From Candidatus Bathyarchaeota archaeon (GTDB taxonomy: Archaea; Thermoproteota; Bathyarchaeia; Bathyarchaeales; Bathyarchaeaceae), in NCBI GenBank assembly GCA_963697165.1, contig CAVOMX010000010.1:1-64000 (forward strand): a DNA stretch of 64,000 nucleotides, written 5' to 3'. Of the stretch, positions 22,542-31,230 are shown in pieces. The position numbers and the translations under genes were made by a program. A model generated the notes under the pieces. It made no database searches and was not told where the DNA came from. It worked only from the letters and a program-made list of their open reading frames with translations. The stretch's first letter is position 1. Every line of letters starts with the position of its first letter.

Positions 22542-22688
22542 AATTTATAACAATAATTTTTGTGCTCGTGTGTGGAATGGCTGTGAATTTAACGGTAAAA
22601 AGCTCCACATATAGAAATTGTGATGATTTTATTTCTAGAAACATGAACATATATTCGGTTGAGTCTCTTTCTATTGGTGGTTAAAATT

Positions 22689-23033
22689 ATGGTGGATGAA
22701 GATAAGGAACTGCCAGAATTAAAGGCGCTGTACGATGAGCTTTGGAGTGACGGAAGAACCATGATTAAAGATATGAACAGAAGCATCTATGTATATCTCT
22801 TCGCGGGTTTCATAACGTTGGTTTTCTCGGTTATAATTATTGGAACAGCAATCTCTGATTGGAACAAAATACTCTCAGGAAGCGCAACCAGTCTTACCTA
22901 TTTCTACGCCATAATGGAGACACCTGGCGCAGTGTTTTATGTTGCATTTGGTGTTTTCTTGCTTTATTGGTACATTAAGCTCAAAAATCGATATTCTCGA
23001 TTAATCAGATTGGAAAAAACTATCAAGGAATAA
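22689..23033 (+). CDS. small two-TM membrane protein
   Basis: ELWSDGRTMIKDM resembles ELLIDSKTLIKDL of 23683..24027. Confidence 0.7.
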   Translation: MVDEDKELPELKALYDELWSDGRTMIKDMNRSIYVYLFAGFITLVFSVIIIGTAISDWNKILSGSATSLTYFYAIMETPGAVFYVAFGVFLLYWYIKLKNRYSRLIRLEKTIKE

Positions 23034-23038
23034 TTAAG

Positions 23039-23278
23039 ATGTGTCCAAGGATAACCCCTTCTCCTTCAAAAGCTGCGAAAAGGTTGAAAGAATACTTGGA
23101 CATATTTGACGTAGGATACGCTAAACGGGGTAAAACGCTTAGGTATGACATATACAGAAGGGCAGGAACACAATGGCAAACAGACCGAATGATAGAATAT
23201 CTTGAAAAAAATGGTTTGATTAAAGGGAGACAAAACAGAAGGTTACCACAAAACGGAGAAAGGCGAGATATGGCATGA
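23039..23278 (+). CDS. small basic winged-helix-like protein (possible 3' frameshift)
   Basis: RYDIYRRAG...MIEYLEKNGLI; similar layout to 23381..23671. Confidence 0.55.
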   Translation: MCPRITPSPSKAAKRLKEYLDIFDVGYAKRGKTLRYDIYRRAGTQWQTDRMIEYLEKNGLIKGRQNRRLPQNGERRDMA

Positions 23279-23380
23279 TATCTTGAAAAAACACAGCGAT
23301 CTTGTTGGTGTACTGACAAAGGAATTGAGCGGAGATCGTAAAAAACGCTTGTAAAAAACTGTAGCTAGTGCACGTGCATT

Positions 23381-23671
23381 CTATCTTCTCAGTCTTCTTC
23401 CACTTAAACTGGCGAATAATTTGATGAGGTTTCCGCTCTTCAGCAGTTTATGAAAAAGTTCGCCTCGTTCTGTCTTGATATAGTAGTAGCGTCTACCCTC
23501 TCGGCGTTCAACGATGATTTTTTCTTTAATAAAGAACTCGGTTATCCATATCCTGAACTGCGTTTCGTTCCCAAGAACTTTAACTAAATCCCATTTCGTG
23601 GCTTGTTCCCTTTCTTTGATACAATCCAGAATATCTAAGGCTATAGAATTAGGGGATCTACGGGAAGCCAC
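23381..23671 (-). CDS. small winged-helix DNA-binding protein
   Basis: RRSPNSIALDIL...TKWDL...YYYIKTERG, typical of archaeal wHTH proteins. Confidence 0.7.
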   Translation of the reverse strand: MASRRSPNSIALDILDCIKEREQATKWDLVKVLGNETQFRIWITEFFIKEKIIVERREGRRYYYIKTERGELFHKLLKSGNLIKLFASLSGRRLRR

Positions 23672-23682
23672 TTTTAACGCTC

Positions 23683-24027
23683 CTACGCAGCTATCTGTTC
23701 CTGAAGAGATTTGAGGCGTGCGTACCCTTTTCTCAGTTTGTACCATTTTCGGACCTGTATGGCTGCATTGAAAGACGTTACGGAGAGGATAATGAATCCA
23801 GCGGCGATGTATTTTATTTCTTCAGCACGAATGCCCCTGTCGAAACCTATGACTAGAGCCGCCAATCCAATTCCGATTAGGACTAGCGCTGAGATCGCAA
23901 TGTAGTTGATGCCTTCTGAGAGATCCTTGATGAGGGTCTTTGAGTCAATCAGCAATTCTTCAAAGATGGCGTTCCACTTGATGAGCTTCTCGTCAACACC
24001 TGGTTCGCTAGAATCTTTATTATCCAT
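23683..24027 (-). CDS. small two-TM membrane protein
   Basis: Paralog of 22689..23033; upstream GAGG RBS-like sequence. Confidence 0.7.
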   Translation of the reverse strand: MDNKDSSEPGVDEKLIKWNAIFEELLIDSKTLIKDLSEGINYIAISALVLIGIGLAALVIGFDRGIRAEEIKYIAAGFIILSVTSFNAAIQVRKWYKLRKGYARLKSLQEQIAA

Positions 24028-24278
24028 GTCTATTCACTACATCCTCTAAAAGCGCTTTCTGATGCTTTAAGATTTGTTCTGAAACTAATGTCCTCATTAA
24101 TTCCAGTATGTACAAGGAATTTTTGGGGTTAAAATTTACCTCCAAACCCAATAAATGAACGGTTCCAACTTCTAGAACACCTTGGTCTATTAAATAGAAT
24201 TAAATCTCTTAAATATTGTGTACTACAACTGATAAAATGCTGAGAAATTGGATTGACAGGATAAGGAGGTGATAATAA

Positions 24279-24497
24279 TTGGCAGTAGCAGCTTATGCAG
24301 GATGGGTATTGGAGCGCACTAAAAAAGCACTCAAAGAAGCGGGAGCTACTTCTGAAGAGACTGCTAAAAAACCCAGAGAACTCAAACTTGATGAAAAGTG
24401 GCTGAAAATGAGTGCCAATACAATCATACCTTCTGGTGTTGTTGCAACAAAGGATAGAAGATATTATTTAATATGCAGAAACGAAAAGCAACAATGA
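24279..24497 (+). CDS. small hypothetical protein (copy 2 of a duplicated cassette)
   Basis: Near-identical to 4262..4480. Confidence 0.75.
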   Translation: MAVAAYAGWVLERTKKALKEAGATSEETAKKPRELKLDEKWLKMSANTIIPSGVVATKDRRYYLICRNEKQQ

Positions 24498-24679
24498 CTT
24501 GATTACAAGGCATTCTATGTTTCTATTATTAAGAAAAGCCTCAGACTATTACCCTAATCTGACCTCGTCTCTAGCATGGACTGTGACCCGTCATGTGATA
24601 TGTCCCTCAAATCCCCTTTTTCCATAATAGTTATTGTTTCTTATTTTTGAAAATCAAAATAATTGTTCCGTGTTCCGCG

Positions 24680-24757
24680 TGGTGGGGTCGCGGGGATTTG
24701 CACCGGGGACAATTGGTGACATCACCCGTTTATTTTCCCGCAAATTCCTCCTTTTTT
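24680..24757. repeat. att-like repeat R15 (class B core)
   Basis: TGGTGGGGTCGCGGGGATTTGCACCGGGGACAATTGGTGACATCACCCG...TCCCGCAAATTCCTCCTTTTTT. Confidence 0.93.
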
Positions 24758-24801
24758 GAGCATTAAATCCTAAAACCCTGAACCAAAAATTGTCAGATTT
24801 T

Positions 24802-25662
24802 TTAAAAATTGGAGAAGATTCCTAGTATCACAGGAATATCTGTTCCTGCATGAAATAAAATTGAACCTATCAGACTATCTGTTTTTTGTATTACTGCTCC
24901 GAATGCTAAACCGAGCAAAAATACAATGAAAAGGAATAATATCATTACTGGTGAATAGGTCTCACCTATATGAGCTAAGGCAAATATCATCGATTGTAAA
25001 AGGTTAGATGGATCAACTCCCAATAATGTCTCATATTTTTTCAGGAAAAACCCCCTAAACTGAATTTCCTCCTTAATTCCATTCGAAAACACAAAAACCA
25101 AAATCCATGGTAACCAAGCAATTAGCTTGTTAAATGTCAAGTTTTTTCCTTCGTAGAGTAATGTAGACGTCCAGACTGATGTTGCTAGGAAGAATAGAAA
25201 AAGTATTATTCCAATTGTCAACCCCAGTTTGAGTTTGCCTTTTCTTAAGTATATTGAAGCTAAATCTTTCTTCGTAACCTTAGTTAATAATACAATTGGA
25301 ATTATTACAATTAATGAGCTGAGAACCTTAAATAGAATAGTTAAATCCATCCGAGAAGGAGAAATCCAATATAATAATGACTGATTCGAATACAGAAAAT
25401 ACTCAAATATAGTAACAATAGAAGAAATAAAGAACGCAAAGATCAAAGGTAAGAATTTAGCAAGATAGGTTTTTCTGCGAATTAAAAGAGCACTTGTGAA
25501 GAAAATTATACAGACTGCAATTCTATATATTAATTTAATTGGGTCAGGAAGAAGTAGAGGAATAGTGAAAATGGAAATTCCGCAAGTAAGAAAAAATGCA
25601 AACAATGTTGATCTTCTAAATTTCTTATCAGTTTCCATTTTACTCAAAGTGTTGTTTCTCAT
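24802..25662 (-). CDS. CPBP (CAAX/Abi) family intramembrane metalloprotease
   Basis: EEIQFRG, FALAH and HAGTD motifs; multiple TMs. Confidence 0.9.
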   Translation of the reverse strand: MRNNTLSKMETDKKFRRSTLFAFFLTCGISIFTIPLLLPDPIKLIYRIAVCIIFFTSALLIRRKTYLAKFLPLIFAFFISSIVTIFEYFLYSNQSLLYWISPSRMDLTILFKVLSSLIVIIPIVLLTKVTKKDLASIYLRKGKLKLGLTIGIILFLFFLATSVWTSTLLYEGKNLTFNKLIAWLPWILVFVFSNGIKEEIQFRGFFLKKYETLLGVDPSNLLQSMIFALAHIGETYSPVMILFLFIVFLLGLAFGAVIQKTDSLIGSILFHAGTDIPVILGIFSNF

Positions 25663-25790
25663 TTAGAAAATATAACTTTTATAATTACGCGCTTTGCGTA
25701 GGTGGATTAGATATTAACATTAAATAATAAATAGCGGTTACTCAATTTGGATCCTATCAGCTTAAATAATCCTGATTTGAGCTTTGTTTG

Positions 25791-26264
25791 TTAAAATAGG
25801 CGTTTTGGTGGGGTCGCGGGGATTTGAACCCCGGACCTCGCGCGCCCCGGGCGCGAATCTTGGACCATGCTAGACCACGACCCCCCAGGAACAGATCCCG
25901 ACCCTAAATACGAGATCTCCCTTTTACGGAAGATTCTTCCACCGTCATCATATTCGCCGGTGACGTATTCTAAGCCGAGTTCGATCAGTTCGGTTGCTTC
26001 TTTTACGTTCACTGCAACCTTACTGATGAATCTTTCTTCCTGAGGCACATCTACGAGCTGAATATATTTTAGTGTTGTCTTAATGCTCCGATGACCAAGC
26101 AAATGCTGAACATATAGGATGTCTTTGGTTCTAGCGTACTCTGTGGTGGCCTTCCAGTGCCTAATCGTATGAAAGTGAATCATTAGGATCCTTGGGTTTC
26201 CCAGCTTGTGAGCAATCTTCTTTCTCCTCTTCTTCATTGTGATCCCATGGAAACCGCCAACCAT
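25791..26264 (-). pseudogene. tyrosine recombinase/integrase, C-terminal catalytic fragment whose ORF reads through tRNA-Pro
   Basis: HFHTIRHW (HxxR), LLGH and the catalytic Tyr in TTLKY; N-terminal domains absent. Confidence 0.85.
25806..25884 (-). tRNA. tRNA-Pro(GGG), CCA encoded; anchor site of the array
   Basis: Cloverleaf GGGGTCG/CGACCCC-A-CCA; anticodon stem CGCGC/GCGCG with loop CCGGGGC; T-arm CGGGG-TTCAAAT-CCCCG. Confidence 0.92.
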
Positions 26265-26369
26265 AACGCTCCTTCTAATGCAAATACAGGCTATGAGCTG
26301 CTAAACCCAAAACGAAACTAGCCAAGCAACCAACAACAAAATTAATCAAATCAATCAAAAAATATCCAC

Positions 26370-26744
26370 CTAACCAAAAGCAAACGCCTCTAACTCTAGT
26401 TTTTTCATTTCAATCGTAGCATACACACTAAGAGCAACAGCCCACCAAACATCATCATGCGTCCCATAAGGATGACTAAAACAAATAGCACCATTCCTAC
26501 GCAACTCAAAACGTTCAACATTCATTTCACTACAAAGGTCTCCACGATACGGCCGTTCCCAAGTCAAAAACGGATAAAAAAACCGCTGAGCCATCATCCT
26601 CTCCTTTAGTAAGCTAGCCATCTCGCTTTTCCTAGAAGTTTTGAAAGTAACTCCTTCGACGTTGTTGATTCCAGCCTCCTCCATATCACTAATTATAGAG
26701 GGTCCTTCCCTTGTGTTGCGCGCGCGTATCACTTGTTCCTGCAT
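26370..26744 (-). pseudogene. putative terminase large-subunit C-terminal (nuclease) fragment
   Basis: GVTF..SRKSEM and HPYGTHDDVWWAVAL resemble terminase RNaseH-like C-termini; ATPase part missing. Confidence 0.6.
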
Positions 26745-27066
26745 TAACTGGCTGCCACACTCAATGAGACACCTTAGAAGAGCTTATGAGCAACACAAAA
26801 GAAGCCATCAGCCTATACATAAAAACATTAGAAAAAGCGGAAAAACAGTAGGGATAACAAGAAACAGCGTAGTGACACTCTTTAGCAAAAGCACCAAACC
26901 AGAATTCATCAAATACATAACCGAAGATCTCACAGAATTGATAGACTGGTCTAACTAGACATCGAGTTTTTGTGAGAAATATAAAATAGAGAACCTGTGG
27001 TTCATCAACAAATATATTTATAATAAACTGTAATCTAAGATAATATTGGAATTATGGTGACTTTTT

Positions 27067-28461
27067 ATGGATGAAAAAATACTACGGACTGTACAAAACC
27101 ATGCATTTGAACGGTTGACTTATGCCCAGCGAGAGACAACCAACCTGCATATTGACGTGCATGTCTACAAAACTGGTGAGGTAATCGGCCCCCAATTTCA
27201 GAAGATCAAAGCATTAAAGCCAAGCATATTGATCTTTGCAGACGATGAACCGATGGCTAACTTCGGACACACTTGCCGTTACTTTATGTATGATAGCAAG
27301 ACTGGCGACTTCTTGCATGAAAAGGCGGCGCGTTTTCCCCCAGTAGCCAAAGCGAATCAAGCGATGACTTTGAAAGCATACCATGAGCCGGTGAGACTGG
27401 TAGAAAATCCAAACCTGTTTAAGCCTTATTTCCCAGCCTGGCGCTGCCCCATCATCATACCTAAAGGCACACGGTACGCCATCCTATTCTCGGGGATGTC
27501 AAACAAGCGACACCTAAACGACATGGAGTTCCTCTACCGAACACTCATTGATATCTACGCCTTTAACCCAGCACACATCTACGTTCTCAACTATGACGGC
27601 TCCTTAAACACCCAAAACGGAGTACAGACAATCTGGCCTGGTGACGGCACACCCTACCGCATCTCAGTGACCGGCGCAGGCAACAGTGCAGGCTTCGAGG
27701 CAGCAATCAATGACTTGAAAGGAAAAATTAAACCACTGGACACACTACTGATTCACTGCAACAACCATGGAGACTCAGACACACCAGACGGAGGGATCAC
27801 CTGGGTGCCTAACACAGCCTTCCTATGCACCTACCCCAGTTGGGGAAAATATTACCACACTGACTTTTCCAACAAACTCGCAGAATTGCCCAAGTTCCGA
27901 CATCTAATCGTAATGCTGGAACAATGCCACTCCGGCGGGTTCAACGCCTCAATAATAGCCAATAGCCCAGCTGATGCGACCAGCGTAGCCTCGGCAGCAA
28001 CAGAATTCAAAAACTCATACGTATCCGCAGACGGCAACTGGGACCCATTTGCTCGAGACTGGATTGCAGCCCAGAACGGCCATACTCCATTCGGCGGCTC
28101 CCTTTCATACAATCCTGACACAGACAGCAATGGCAAGATCCAAGCCAACGAAGCATTCCAGTACGCTTACACCGTGCGGGACCTGCGCGACACACCTAAT
28201 TACAGCGAGAGCTCTGCAGCAGGTGGAGACATCGCCTTGGGCCAAGAATACCTAGTTTGGTGGTGGTGGTGCAGAATCTGGTACGCAGAACTCCTACCTT
28301 ACATAAAGAAGCTACCGCCTCCAGAGTACTATATGCGGCTAAACAAGATTCAACCAGAACTGGCTAGAATGACGGCAGATCTTGATAAGACATCGGAAGC
28401 GCTGCGGAAGAAGACTGAGGCGCGCGTTAAAGCACTGGTGAAGAAAACCTTCAAGATGTAA
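27067..28461 (+). CDS. clan CD cysteine peptidase (C13 legumain/caspase-like) with N-terminal extension
   Basis: YAILFSG, His-Gly in CNNHGD and catalytic Cys in EQCHSGGF. Confidence 0.8.
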   Translation: MDEKILRTVQNHAFERLTYAQRETTNLHIDVHVYKTGEVIGPQFQKIKALKPSILIFADDEPMANFGHTCRYFMYDSKTGDFLHEKAARFPPVAKANQAMTLKAYHEPVRLVENPNLFKPYFPAWRCPIIIPKGTRYAILFSGMSNKRHLNDMEFLYRTLIDIYAFNPAHIYVLNYDGSLNTQNGVQTIWPGDGTPYRISVTGAGNSAGFEAAINDLKGKIKPLDTLLIHCNNHGDSDTPDGGITWVPNTAFLCTYPSWGKYYHTDFSNKLAELPKFRHLIVMLEQCHSGGFNASIIANSPADATSVASAATEFKNSYVSADGNWDPFARDWIAAQNGHTPFGGSLSYNPDTDSNGKIQANEAFQYAYTVRDLRDTPNYSESSAAGGDIALGQEYLVWWWWCRIWYAELLPYIKKLPPPEYYMRLNKIQPELARMTADLDKTSEALRKKTEARVKALVKKTFKM

Positions 28462-28676
28462 TTAATCAACCACAACTCATTTCACGGTATATATCCATTG
28501 GACACATGATTAATTAAAGGCAGTTTCAAGCAAGAAATTGCATTTGCATAGCCTAAGCTTTAGATAAAATGAAACCCACCAAAAAGGTTGATTTTTAGAT
28601 TAATTGCAGCCAATAAATAGGTTCAGTAGGAATAGATTTATGTCTTGTGTGCTGATTCTAGAGATCGAGGAAGGAA

Positions 28677-29090
28677 ATGCCCCTATCATTTAACGATTTT
28701 ATCGAGCTACTACTTTCACAAATGACAGACCAAGAACAACAAGAAGGCATAGCCTATGTCGCTGAGGAGTTACTACAAGCGGGTTCAAAAACCCAATTCA
28801 ACAAGATTACCCTCAAGATTTCAACAGACTCGTATTTGGGGTTTATAGACCGGGAACCCCAAGCAAATTGGGGACACTCAGCTAGGTATGTAGTAGTCGA
28901 TCAGAAGAGCGGAAAAATCTCTTCACTTGAAACTCGATTCCCTCCTTTCAAAAGCAACAGTGACATCTCTTGGCGTTCCATCTACAAAGCGCCGGGTGTA
29001 CCCGACATATTTGCGAACATCCAAGATAAGGGACAAGCGCTTTCCACAGTATCATTCTCTTTAACTGCAACTACTTGCTTTAAAATCTGA
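28677..29090 (+). CDS. stand-alone homolog of the peptidase N-terminal domain
   Basis: FIDREPQANWGHSARY...RFPP versus FADDEPMANFGHTCRY...RFPP in 27067..28461. Confidence 0.7.
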   Translation: MPLSFNDFIELLLSQMTDQEQQEGIAYVAEELLQAGSKTQFNKITLKISTDSYLGFIDREPQANWGHSARYVVVDQKSGKISSLETRFPPFKSNSDISWRSIYKAPGVPDIFANIQDKGQALSTVSFSLTATTCFKI

Positions 29091-29780
29091 AGCAACTGAC
29101 TTACATCACTTCTCAGATCCTTAACCTGACTCGATAATCCCAAAATCTGTCGTTCTAATTTTTGCACTCGCTCAGGCATTAAAATACTCAACAGCTGCAT
29201 CTCTGCTTAAATGATCGATCTCACCCTCTAACTCTCCGGGACTATGATCCATTTTACGTTTTGGAGTAGAGATTGTAAAGTATCTACTAAGTAGTTTAGC
29301 TATGGGATCGTCAATCGCCAATTCGTAACCTTTTCCAACTTACTTGTACCTCACCTAACAAAACACTATACTTACTCATCAAAGCATGGGCAACCCGATC
29401 ACCCAAATTCTTTGCTAAACCAAACAACTCACCAGGATCCTTATCATACAACCATTCCACATGAAATATCCAATTACGAGAAGTCTTACGAACACTAACA
29501 CCATGAACCAAACCAAGCAAAGCAGTCCAATTCACCATCTCAACTCTCCTAAAATCATCAGCATGATAGAATCCCTCCCTGACAATCGAAAATAAAACCT
29601 GACACTTATGCAAGCGAAATACACTATTACTATAGACAACTCTCTCAACTTTGCTCTTAAATTGACCCCAAAACTTGACGAAAAACCGAAACAGGCAATA
29701 CCACACTTCTGAGACACCAAAACCAAAAAGATTCCACAAAAAACCAATACATTCCTCAAGCAAATATGTGTCATCTGGCT
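28982..29780 (-). pseudogene. fragmented hypothetical gene, probable mobile-element remnant
   Basis: Discontinuous minus-strand ORFs (29311..29850, 28982..29200) between the peptidase pair and rpl14e. Confidence 0.35.
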
Positions 29781-29840
29781 TCAAAAATATGAGTAAAGTA
29801 TAAACATGTGTACTCCCAGTCAAAGTGAAGAGGGTTAAAG

Positions 29841-30125
29841 TTGCCTGCAATTGAAGTAGGAAGAATCTGCGTCAAAATAGTAGGGCGAGAAGCAGGAAAA
29901 AAATGCATAATCGTAGACGTTGTAGACAAGAACTTTGCGCTAATCACAGGTCCTAAAGCTGTCTCTGGAATAAAACGGAGACGATCTAACATTAATCATC
30001 TAGAGCCAACCAACGAAAAAATCGAGATAAAACGAGGCGCAACCGACGAAGAAATCAGCGAAGTACTAAAGACATCAGGTAAATTAGAAGAAATAGCAAA
30101 AACAGTAAATCCCGCCCTATCCTAA
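29841..30125 (+). CDS. rpl14e: 50S ribosomal protein L14e
   Basis: IEVGRICVKIVGREAGKKCIIVD...ITGPK...RRRSNINHLEPT. Confidence 0.95.
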   Translation: MPAIEVGRICVKIVGREAGKKCIIVDVVDKNFALITGPKAVSGIKRRRSNINHLEPTNEKIEIKRGATDEEISEVLKTSGKLEEIAKTVNPALS

Positions 30126-30152
30126 CTCTTTTTTCCATTCTGGAGAAATATT

Positions 30153-31175
30153 ATGGGAAGAATCAACCAACCGTGGGAAATCAAGCGCAGCTTGGTAGTT
30201 AAAGCTGAGGAAGAAACTAATCCTCGCTTCGGTCACAAGCCTGAAGAGAGACCAATCAAAGATTACATGCGATTTGGAATAATTAACGTAGACAAACCTG
30301 CTGGACCATCAAGCCACGAGGTTACAGCATGGCTTAAAAGAATCCTCAGTCTTGAAAGAGCCGGTCACGGCGGGACCCTTGAGGCTTAATCTGGCCGGGG
30401 AAATCCCAAAGTCACTGGTATTCTACCTAATGCCTTAGACGATGCTACAAAGGTAATTCAGGCGCTACTACTAGCAGGTAAAGAATACGTTTGCGTAATG
30501 AAGCTTCATTCTGAAGTTCCAGAAGACAAAGTGACAAAAGTTTTAGACGAATTCCAAGGACCGCTATATCAGCGACCACCTGTAAGATCAGCGGTTAAAC
30601 GACAGCTCAGAACAAGAACAATCTACTACATAGACTTCATGGAGATGAACGAACGAAATGTTCTCTTCAGGGTCGGATGCGAGGCGGGAACATACATACG
30701 CAAACTCTGTTATGACGTCGGTGAGGTTCTGGGATGCGGCGCTCACATGCAAGAGCTACGCAGAACAAGAGCTGGACCATTCATAGAAGACGAAAGCCTA
30801 GTCACGTTACATGACATATCTTATTTGTATAGCCAGTGGGAAGAAACCAAAGACGAAAGCATACTTAGAAAATTTGTTTCACCAATGGAAAAAGCACTAT
30901 ATATGCTGCCAAAAATCCATGTACGAGACTCTGCAGTAGACGCTCTATGCCATGGAGCACATCTGACAGCACCAGGAGTGCTATCAATAGATTCTGAAAT
31001 CAAAATCGGCGACACAGTAGCGATTTTAACCCAGAAAGGGGAAGCAGTAGCACTGTCAAAAGCGTTTGTTTCCTCAGATAAGATACTAAAGATGGATCAT
31101 GGTTTTGTTGCAAAGACTCAACGGGTGATGATGCCACGCGGAATCTATCCAAAAAAGTGGCACAGCACCAAATAA
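30153..31175 (+). CDS. cbf5: H/ACA RNA-guided pseudouridine synthase Cbf5, two exons (30153-30381, 30403-31175)
   Basis: DKPAGPSSHEV, GHGGTL[D]PKVTG after intron removal, GTYIRKL and a PUA domain. Confidence 0.95.
30382..30402 (+). other. 21-nt bulge-helix-bulge mRNA intron in the cbf5 catalytic Asp codon
   Basis: GGGA/TCCC outer helix, CCCT/GGGG central helix, TGA and AAA bulges, GGC/GCC inner helix; contains an in-frame TAA. Confidence 0.9.
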
Positions 31176-31230
31176 AAACAGATTTTTTCGAAAAGACTAA
31201 AAAACCCGTTGATTGCTATTCTACAGTTGT

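Larger units (their letters stand above)
2245..25884. mobile_element. tRNA-Pro-anchored tandem gene-cassette array (integron-like genomic island)
   Basis: About 16 co-oriented repeats containing the tRNA-Pro 3' end and/or the attached arm, separating unrelated 1-several gene units, ending at an intact tRNA-Pro next to an integrase fragment. Confidence 0.8.

Noticed and set aside
2245..24757. Repeats as a CRISPR array
   Set aside because: The intervals are 0.1-6 kb and contain genes, the repeats are long and degenerate, and there are no cas genes in the window
2245..24757. Repeats as functional tRNA genes or trans-spliced 3' halves
   Set aside because: Only the 3' acceptor strand and T-arm are present, often with a broken T-stem; no matching 5' halves are seen and an intact tRNA-Pro is adjacent
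2245..24757. MITE or IS-derived dispersed repeat
   Set aside because: All copies are co-oriented and confined to one side of the tRNA, none is seen in the other ~38 kb, and no transposase or target-site duplications are evident
2245..26264. Classical integron (IntI/attC)
   Set aside because: No conserved RYYYAAC...GTTRRRY ends, the sites are tRNA-derived, cargo orientation is mixed, and the integrase fragment is not recognisably IntI
30387..30389. Stop-codon readthrough or recoding in cbf5
   Set aside because: Readthrough would leave a 7-codon insertion and no catalytic Asp, whereas BHB splicing restores it exactly
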